DNA of 64,000 nt from a virus (taxonomy: Duplodnaviria; Caudoviricetes): positions 180,830 through 244,829 of the IMG/VR virus record IMGVR_UViG_2912838376_000002, one strand, 5' to 3'. The position numbers and the translations under genes are program-made. Positions 57,092 to 64,000 of the stretch are shown here, in pieces (position 1 is the stretch's first letter; every line of letters begins with the position of its first letter). The notes beneath the pieces were generated by a model, which had not been told where the DNA came from, did no database searches, and worked only from the letters and a program-made list of their open reading frames with translations.

Positions 57092-57453
57092 ACTTTAATA
57101 GCCAAATACATCAGTCTATTTATAGTAAGGTAGTCTTACCTTCTTTAAATAGATTACAAGGAACAATCGAAGGTTATGTGATCCAAGTGGATTATACAAA
57201 ACTAACATGTGAAGTGGTCTACTCCGATGAAAACAGTCATGCTTTACGAACAATGAAGAACGTATCTTTACCTAAAGATGGAGATGGAGTATTTACACAA
57301 GCTGTTAAAAATGGTGACAGGGTTTCTATCTCTTTTAAAAACAAATCAAAAGAGTCCCCCTATATATCTACAGTGTACAAGGCGAATCATAGTGACGAAA
57401 ATTATCTAAGTCCATACGGCGGAAGAACAATTCGTCAATCCCGTATTTTTTAG
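57088..57453 (+). CDS. baseplate spike / gp5 OB-fold-like protein
   Basis: EGYVIQVD...NGDRVSISF...PYI pattern; ATGA coupling to the upstream gene. Confidence 0.5.
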   Translation: MNFNSQIHQSIYSKVVLPSLNRLQGTIEGYVIQVDYTKLTCEVVYSDENSHALRTMKNVSLPKDGDGVFTQAVKNGDRVSISFKNKSKESPYISTVYKANHSDENYLSPYGGRTIRQSRIF

Positions 57454-57467
57454 AAAGGAGGATTCCG

Positions 57468-58037
57468 ATGAGTGAAGCATATGTAAACAAGACATATGGA
57501 GATGGAGATAAGGACATTCATTACCCTTATTGGCGACAAGTATTACAGAATGAACTTGTTAACTTCAAGACTAAGAGCTTAGAAAAGGAATTGGAGAACT
57601 GGCAATTTATCAGCGAAGACGAAATTGCACTTAAACATCCAATTACAGGATCAACCTTTAAACTTTGCGATGATGGTTCGATTGAAATGTTTGTGAATGA
57701 AGACACAGGTATTCGATTGGATGCTAAAGATAATGGAATCATCTTTTATGGTGACAGTATTCATTTTGCTACAAAGGAAATGAGGATGCACACAAAACCA
57801 TACGGATTCATTTGGAATAATCACAATCTAAATCCTTATCTGTATTATGGCGATAAGGTAGGAGAAAAGAGAAACATTCCAAAAGCTTCAATGGTTTCTA
57901 TGTTACAAGATGGGCCAAGCAATATTAATGTTCCCTTGTTCCAAGAGCAAAAGAGAAAACATTATTACGATGAAAAAGTTACATCTATGATTGAAGATCT
58001 AGGAATAGAAACTTCAAGAATAAAGAGGGGAGGCTAG
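57468..58037 (+). CDS. baseplate/spike-associated protein
   Basis: HPITGSTFKLCDDGSIEM beta-repeat, like gp5/gpV C-terminal parts. Confidence 0.5.
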   Translation: MSEAYVNKTYGDGDKDIHYPYWRQVLQNELVNFKTKSLEKELENWQFISEDEIALKHPITGSTFKLCDDGSIEMFVNEDTGIRLDAKDNGIIFYGDSIHFATKEMRMHTKPYGFIWNNHNLNPYLYYGDKVGEKRNIPKASMVSMLQDGPSNINVPLFQEQKRKHYYDEKVTSMIEDLGIETSRIKRGG

Positions 58038-58039
58038 TC

Positions 58040-58363
58040 GTGGACTATCGATTAATTGGCCTTGAAACATATGGCCATCGATGTGAAATTTGCGGACACT
58101 CTCTAGTAGAAGTTCATCATATCGACTATCAAGAACAGCAAACATTGGAGATTCAAATTCGAAAGGCTATCAAGGCGGGACAAGATATAACAGAATTATT
58201 AGAAGCCGCAAAAGAACAAGGATACGAGGAGTGGGATGGAAATCAACTATCGAAAAATAATCAATCCACTAATCTATCAGTATTATGCGGTAACTGTCAT
58301 TATCTTATTCACCGACTTGACGCAGGCAAGAAGTTACTAAAGGTATTAGAAAGAAGGAGATAA
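58040..58363 (+). CDS. HNH endonuclease (zinc-finger type)
   Basis: CEICG...EVHHID...NLSVLCGNCHYLIH. Confidence 0.8.
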   Translation: MDYRLIGLETYGHRCEICGHSLVEVHHIDYQEQQTLEIQIRKAIKAGQDITELLEAAKEQGYEEWDGNQLSKNNQSTNLSVLCGNCHYLIHRLDAGKKLLKVLERRR

Positions 58364-58365
58364 AA

Positions 58366-58854
58366 ATGAAAGTCGATTTTCGTTTTACACCGGAAGGAGA
58401 TTTAGAACTTGGTTCTCCTAGTTACAACGACTTTGATGAATTACTCTATGTTGATTCAGTAGGGAATATCTCAACAGATAGCTCAGAAGGGTTGTTAATA
58501 AGAGATATCCCACTACAAGTATCTTACTTAAGCGAGAAACAAGTAATACTCAATCGATTAAGAACAGACAATCCGGATTGGTTTATTCATAAGGATATTG
58601 GAGCAGACTTATCTGAATTGATTGGTCTTCCGAATACAAGAGAAACAGGCGAATTAGGAAAGTCCCTAATTGAGAAAAGTTTAACTAGTGACAAGTTTAT
58701 ACTTCCTAGTGACTTAAATGTTAGGCCCGTTCCTGTAAGTTCTAGTGAAATACTCTTCTATATAACTGTTAGAAGAAAAGTAGCGGATCTAGTTGTGCCA
58801 GTTCTATTTGACTTAGAACATGGTTTGTTATCAGAATATGAGGTGAACAGTTAA
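58366..58854 (+). CDS. baseplate wedge protein, gp25-like
   Basis: RLRTDNPDWFIHKDIGADL gp25/XkdS-like motif; position. Confidence 0.65.
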   Translation: MKVDFRFTPEGDLELGSPSYNDFDELLYVDSVGNISTDSSEGLLIRDIPLQVSYLSEKQVILNRLRTDNPDWFIHKDIGADLSELIGLPNTRETGELGKSLIEKSLTSDKFILPSDLNVRPVPVSSSEILFYITVRRKVADLVVPVLFDLEHGLLSEYEVNS

Positions 58855-59654
58855 TGAGAAAATCAAAAAATGAAATGCTCGAAGCCGTTTTAACTCGACT
58901 TCGAACAGAAGGTGGAATTACTGAAACAAGTCCAGGTTCCATCGCTCGAATGTTTTCAGAAGTAATGATAGAAGAATTTAGTCCTTTCTACGATGAATTA
59001 GAGTTAATTATTCAAATGGGCTTTATTTCAACATCAACAGGTGGATACTTAGACCTTATTGGTGAACTGTTAAATTGTACTCGTGATGGAGATGAATCTG
59101 ACGATAACTATCGTGCAAGAATCTCTAATCAAGTATCTGTTGAGCAGAATGCAAATTTAATTGCTATCCGCTTAAAAACACTTAGAATAGACGGCGTTGC
59201 AGATGCTCAATTCAAAAGATTTACAAGAGGGACAGGCTCATTTACCTGCTATGTTACTCCTCAGGTTTATCCAATTGAAAATGACCTATTAACCCGTGTA
59301 GAAAGCGTTATAGATGAAGTAGCTGCTTATGGTATGAATGTAGAAGTAAAAACAAGTGAGTATAACCCCGTGGATATCACCCTCAACTTAATTTTCCACT
59401 CAAAAACAACTACTCTTGAAAGACAACACATCCGTAACAAAGTCATTCAAAATGTTGGAGCGTACATGAAACAATTAAACATGGGTTCTCCAATTATTAT
59501 CAATGAAATTATTCAGCGAGTAATGGAAACAAGTGATCAGATTTTAGATATGGAATTTAAAAAACTTGTTGTTAATGAAAAGGAATACTTCATTAAGAAT
59601 GTTGAGCCTTCATTAGAAGAACGATACTTCCTAAGAAAAATTAACGTAGCATAG
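58854..59654 (+). CDS. baseplate J-like protein
   Basis: GSIAR, GGYLDLIG, GDESDDNYRARI, GVADA, GTGS. Confidence 0.8.
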   Translation: MRKSKNEMLEAVLTRLRTEGGITETSPGSIARMFSEVMIEEFSPFYDELELIIQMGFISTSTGGYLDLIGELLNCTRDGDESDDNYRARISNQVSVEQNANLIAIRLKTLRIDGVADAQFKRFTRGTGSFTCYVTPQVYPIENDLLTRVESVIDEVAAYGMNVEVKTSEYNPVDITLNLIFHSKTTTLERQHIRNKVIQNVGAYMKQLNMGSPIIINEIIQRVMETSDQILDMEFKKLVVNEKEYFIKNVEPSLEERYFLRKINVA

Positions 59655-59661
59655 AAAGCAG

Positions 59662-61254
59662 GTGGCACCATTGTTAAACAAGCATACAACAAGTATGATG
59701 TCCATGCTTCCGCAATGGATGAAGATGGCCAAAGACCCGAAATCGGTAGGGGCCTTATTTTTAGATGCATTTGGTGTTGAGCTATCAGATATTGAACGTT
59801 ACATAGAGCAAGCTTGGAACAATATGTACATCGGTACAGCAAACTTACAAACAGCTGACTATTGTTATAAGATTCCGCTTGCTACTCGTGACGTTGTAGA
59901 TATTGAAACACTAGATCTTCACGTTCGTTTAGTTATTGATGGTGTACGAAGAGACTGTATGCCATCGGATAGTTTACGACTATTTTTTGAGAGTGATGAT
60001 AACACCTACATGATTGATACTATTGAAGGTTATGTGTATATCAAAGTAATGGATTATTACATGAAAGATAATATTTTTAAACCATTCGATGCAATTGAAG
60101 TAGGGGATACCCTTCACTATGAGTATATGCTTCATCATATCTGGAATGTATTTGACGAGTTTGGTATGTTGCTAGGCATTTCTAGGTTGCCGGGCGAAAG
60201 AAACGAACCTTTTAAGAATCGTATCTTAGATGTTTTTAAGAATCCTGGTGGAGCAACAAAACAAGGGCTTATTAATGGTATTAGTAGAGAACTAGGTATT
60301 GATAAGTCACAAGTCAAATTAGGTTCATTATCTGATGATCAATATGTTCAAACAAAACTTATGAATACAGATGGCACTCCTTCTGAAACATATATCCAAT
60401 ACGTAAATCAGATTAATAGTAATCTAGGTTTCTCTTGGGATCATATGAACTGGGGAGAAGCTTATTGGCGTAGTATTGAAGAAAACAATATGGGGTTTCA
60501 TTATTTACCTCATATCTGGGATGGATTCTCTGCTTCATGGAAAGATAACGAAGTGCAATCAGGTATTGGTAGTGGTGATGACTTATTAGTAACTGCTCCA
60601 AAAGAAGAGTCTTCTGTTAGGGAATTTAAGACCTATGTTGGACTACATGGTACAGAAGAACAAATTGAAGAGAACCACCCAGAGATTCAATTCAAATATA
60701 AGATAGTGGCAAAAGGGAAAATACCAAATGATGAATACGATTTAGAGGATTATAAATATACAGTAATGGCTTCTGAAATTATTCCGCTTCATTACGTATT
60801 AGTAGCTTTACGTGAATTCCTATATCAAACTCACATCACTTGGGACAATCGTTACGGTTATACTTTTAGCGATAATACATCTCCTGGTATGGAAATTGTT
60901 ACAGGAGAAGATGTTCTTCACAATAATGAAGAGCCACAAATTAAAATCCATGTAGAAATGAAAACTGCTGATAGAACAGTGACACCTGTTTTAGAAGAGC
61001 TTATAGTGGACTGGATCGATCAGAGTGATGCACCACAGTCTTACAAATTAACAACTGATGAGGACTTTACTCTAAACAATACAATGATCCAAACAACGTT
61101 AGCCGATGTAGAAGTTGGTAACGGTTCTGTAACTCTTGGTAGAGGTTCATTCTCTGCTGTAATAGATACAGAGGGTTCATTTTTAAGAGGATCACAAGGT
61201 ATATCCGTAAGAGTTAACCGAGAAGGTTCTTTATCTCTTAACCTACCAAAATAA
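59662..61254 (+). CDS. baseplate wedge / tail protein
   Basis: LPQW; FDEFGMLLGISRLPGERNEPFKNRI; follows the J-like gene. Confidence 0.65.
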   Translation: MAPLLNKHTTSMMSMLPQWMKMAKDPKSVGALFLDAFGVELSDIERYIEQAWNNMYIGTANLQTADYCYKIPLATRDVVDIETLDLHVRLVIDGVRRDCMPSDSLRLFFESDDNTYMIDTIEGYVYIKVMDYYMKDNIFKPFDAIEVGDTLHYEYMLHHIWNVFDEFGMLLGISRLPGERNEPFKNRILDVFKNPGGATKQGLINGISRELGIDKSQVKLGSLSDDQYVQTKLMNTDGTPSETYIQYVNQINSNLGFSWDHMNWGEAYWRSIEENNMGFHYLPHIWDGFSASWKDNEVQSGIGSGDDLLVTAPKEESSVREFKTYVGLHGTEEQIEENHPEIQFKYKIVAKGKIPNDEYDLEDYKYTVMASEIIPLHYVLVALREFLYQTHITWDNRYGYTFSDNTSPGMEIVTGEDVLHNNEEPQIKIHVEMKTADRTVTPVLEELIVDWIDQSDAPQSYKLTTDEDFTLNNTMIQTTLADVEVGNGSVTLGRGSFSAVIDTEGSFLRGSQGISVRVNREGSLSLNLPK

Positions 61255-61271
61255 CAAGGAGTGGATAAATA

Positions 61272-62387
61272 ATGGCTGAAACTGGATCAGTACAAAATGC
61301 AGTTGGGAATAATATTTATCCCGATTTAGTTCTTACTCGTTTCCCTGAATTATTCGATGAGCGTAGTGGTTCTAAATCAAATCCCAACTTGCTGCGATGG
61401 ACAAACCTTAAAGACTATAACATGGCTGAGCACGTAAACTCCCTACAAGATGCTGTAATGGCGGTACAACGTATGCTAGGAGAATTAGCTCAAATGCCAG
61501 CTGCACCAAAGGATGTAAACGGAAAACCGATTACAGACCCAAACGTGTTAATAAACCTTAAACGAACTTCTACTGTTAAGTCTCGTATAGACGCACTTGA
61601 GACTCATGATTGGTATGCTGAATTTGATAAACGATACGGAGGACCTACATGGGCTTTCGATAAGGATAAGACTACAAATGCTACAATTCAGCAGCACCGT
61701 CATTTAGGTAGTGCTTCAGGAATCCCTGGTATGCCAGAGAAGATTATGCTTACACAAGAAGTACAGGGTAAACTTCCAAAGGCAAACGTTGATTTAACAA
61801 AGACTACTACAGGTATCACTGGTTCAGATATTTATGTAGAATCAACTTCAAATACAAAAGTAGCTGATGCGATTAACGACAAAATTTCTGAAACAACAGG
61901 TGGAACAATTGCACAAAATGCAGAGCTGAAAGTATTAGGGAAGACAAACACTCGATGGACAAGAGAGTTCGATTCGAATGATGCATCTTCAACTGGTAAC
62001 ACTGCAGTAGCTGACTCAAAAACATTATTAAACAAAGCAATTGAAAGTGGTGCTACTACTGCGTCAGACCTGCTAAATGCTCCATTGGATGGTATGCATT
62101 ATGGTCGTTATGTTGCGATTGTAAGATTATCAGCAAGTAGTCTTCCTTCTAATGCGGTTGTTGAGATTTCTGCAGTTAACTCAAAGACAAGCCAAGTTAT
62201 TAACAAAGCTACTTTAAACGGAACAGACTTCGATACAAGTGGACAATATAAAACATTCTACTTGATCTTCAATCATGACGGTTCTACAAAACTACGTGTT
62301 CGAAAATTAGCTACAACTTCTTCTGTAAAAGTTCGTTTCGATAATGCAATTGTTGAACCAGTTCACCCAGCGGTATTTGATCGCTAA
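61272..62387 (+). CDS. tail fibre/baseplate protein with a C-terminal beta-sandwich (CBM-like)
   Basis: AEHVNSLQDAVMAVQ coiled segment; QHRHLG; beta-rich C-terminus. Confidence 0.55.
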   Translation: MAETGSVQNAVGNNIYPDLVLTRFPELFDERSGSKSNPNLLRWTNLKDYNMAEHVNSLQDAVMAVQRMLGELAQMPAAPKDVNGKPITDPNVLINLKRTSTVKSRIDALETHDWYAEFDKRYGGPTWAFDKDKTTNATIQQHRHLGSASGIPGMPEKIMLTQEVQGKLPKANVDLTKTTTGITGSDIYVESTSNTKVADAINDKISETTGGTIAQNAELKVLGKTNTRWTREFDSNDASSTGNTAVADSKTLLNKAIESGATTASDLLNAPLDGMHYGRYVAIVRLSASSLPSNAVVEISAVNSKTSQVINKATLNGTDFDTSGQYKTFYLIFNHDGSTKLRVRKLATTSSVKVRFDNAIVEPVHPAVFDR

Positions 62388-62404
62388 GAAAGGATGTTAT
62401 ATAA

Positions 62405-64000
62405 ATGGCAAAACGACCAGAAGGGTTATCTCCTAATTTTAACTCCATCGTTTCTCCAGACGTTCCTTCCTCATTGATTTTTTCATGGACATTCATTAAA
62501 GAAAACTCTGGTGATTATCAGAAGAATGCAGAAGTAAAGGTATATAAAACGGGCTCTAACACAGCCCTTATTACCTTCTCTACAGGAACAGATCAACAGG
62601 TAGACATAACCTCTCATCAGGGTGTTCTTGACCTAGAGCAGACTTATGAATGGGAAGTAAAGGTAACAGCTGCTAACGATTCCACTGCTTTTAGTGGAAG
62701 AAAAAGATTTAAATTTGGACCTGTATTTTTACAAGATGGACTTGTATGGCCAGATGGACCAAACGCATATGAATACATCGGGACTCGTAAATACTTTGAG
62801 GAAATTAGAGAAAATGCTGCCTCAGTATTAGAGGATTACGTAGTAGATTCTATAGAAGAAAACGATGCACTAGAAAAAGCTTTGGCTTTATTTACTCGTG
62901 AAACTGTTCCTAGTCGTACCGATTTTGAAAACCTCGAAAGTATTCTATGGTTAATTGCAAAAAAAGAAGATACGTATCGAGATGAAATTCAAAGACTTAT
63001 TGAAGATGGTCTAGGTGCTCAAGATATTCATAAGATATATACACTCTTTGACCGTCTTGTTAGAATTCCACCAAAAGAACCAAGTAACGTGTACTTAACA
63101 TTTGGAGGTTTTGAACCGCTTTATGTAAAAAGTGGACGGGCATACAATAATGGTAAAGAGGATTTATCTGTTGATGTTAATTGGCAGCCCTCAGATCTTA
63201 AACCAGGTACATGTACAGTTAACTTTTTAAATGAGCTATCAGAAGATGTATCGTATTATAAGGTTGAGCTAGAGGCTGGTTTCACTGATAAGGCTTGTAC
63301 TCATACATTATTTTATCGAGTAGAAGATGTAGAATCATTAGGAAGAAAAATTAATATCCCAATGGATCACATCAACTTTTTGCATCTTTCTTCCTCAAAA
63401 GAAACACGTTATGTTTTACGAGTTTCTGCAGTAGATAAAAGAAAAGAACAATCAGTACCTTACTACAAGCCCTACAAAGTGGATAATGTTCCCCTTGGTG
63501 TAGCAAGTTACAATCTGCGTGTTCAACAATACGATTTATCAAATCAATGGATTACCCAGTCTTACTACGACATTTACAATGGTCCAAATACAGCTTATGT
63601 TCATAATGTAACGGGCAATGTAGATGGTGTTTACCATTATGCTGTTCGTGTATTTGATATAAACGGACATGTAAGTGATTGGTTTTGGATCTTAGATTAT
63701 ATAAAAATTGATCCGTTAAAACCTCCCGCAGCTCCAAAACCTCGTATGGCATGGTCTTCACAACATGAACTGAATTTCGTTTGGGATGCTGTTCCTACCG
63801 CTGAGTATTATGAATATTTACCTACGTGGTGGTCAAATCCATCTATACAAAGAACAAATAACCTAGACTCACCTCATGAATGGTTAAATCCAGATACAAC
63901 ATATGTTGAAAAAGTAAGAGCTGTAAACCGAGCAGGCGCATCACCTTGGGCTACTGTTAGTGGTAAAACACAACCAAGACCAATCATTGAAAAGGTTCAA
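62405..64000 (+). CDS. FN3-domain tail fibre/baseplate protein, truncated at the window end
   Basis: ATG at 62405 with AAGGA RBS; reads open to 64000; FN3 pattern FVWDAVPTAEYY...LNPDTTY..KVRAVNRAGASPW. Confidence 0.75.
   Translation, partial: MAKRPEGLSPNFNSIVSPDVPSSLIFSWTFIKENSGDYQKNAEVKVYKTGSNTALITFSTGTDQQVDITSHQGVLDLEQTYEWEVKVTAANDSTAFSGRKRFKFGPVFLQDGLVWPDGPNAYEYIGTRKYFEEIRENAASVLEDYVVDSIEENDALEKALALFTRETVPSRTDFENLESILWLIAKKEDTYRDEIQRLIEDGLGAQDIHKIYTLFDRLVRIPPKEPSNVYLTFGGFEPLYVKSGRAYNNGKEDLSVDVNWQPSDLKPGTCTVNFLNELSEDVSYYKVELEAGFTDKACTHTLFYRVEDVESLGRKINIPMDHINFLHLSSSKETRYVLRVSAVDKRKEQSVPYYKPYKVDNVPLGVASYNLRVQQYDLSNQWITQSYYDIYNGPNTAYVHNVTGNVDGVYHYAVRVFDINGHVSDWFWILDYIKIDPLKPPAAPKPRMAWSSQHELNFVWDAVPTAEYYEYLPTWWSNPSIQRTNNLDSPHEWLNPDTTYVEKVRAVNRAGASPWATVSGKTQPRPIIEKVQ

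Noticed and set aside
257-63761. Numerous short antisense or alternate-frame ORFs in the six-frame track (e.g. 360..659, 9837..10133, 52740..53297)
   Set aside because: They are nested in or opposite long genes with coherent motifs and lack RBSs or recognisable domains; treated as shadow ORFs

Overview
This window is a 64-kb segment of a large, AT-rich contractile-tailed phage, most likely infecting Bacillus or another Firmicute (strong GGAGG-type RBSs, Gram-positive-type cell-wall hydrolases). Bases 1-8.1 kb are a minus-strand early/replication block. It holds a Q-rich SpoVG/PC4-like SSB candidate, a ~360-nt highly structured non-coding region with seven UAAC-capped hairpins, a Dda/RecD-like helicase, and a YonO/RdRP-type single-chain RNA polymerase (GADHDGD) with a triplicated translation start. 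A divergent control region follows, carrying ~80-bp-periodic AGTCAGGA boxes and two likely nucleotide-signal sponge genes (gp49/Acb4-like, Tad2). The plus strand then encodes morphogenesis: an intein-containing TerL, a portal-MuF fusion, protease/scaffold, major capsid, neck, 2 sheath-like, 3 tube-like and 2 chaperone-like paralogs, three giant tail-module proteins, two paralogous multi-domain wall hydrolases, the baseplate, and an FN3 fibre truncated at the right edge. The most striking system: the 2423-aa tail-module protein combines an intact DEDDh exonuclease with a two-barrel RNA polymerase active site (RYP...GDFDGD). The phage therefore appears to carry two divergent single-chain RNAPs, one probably packaged in the virion. 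All assignments are from motifs read by eye; no database searches were run.
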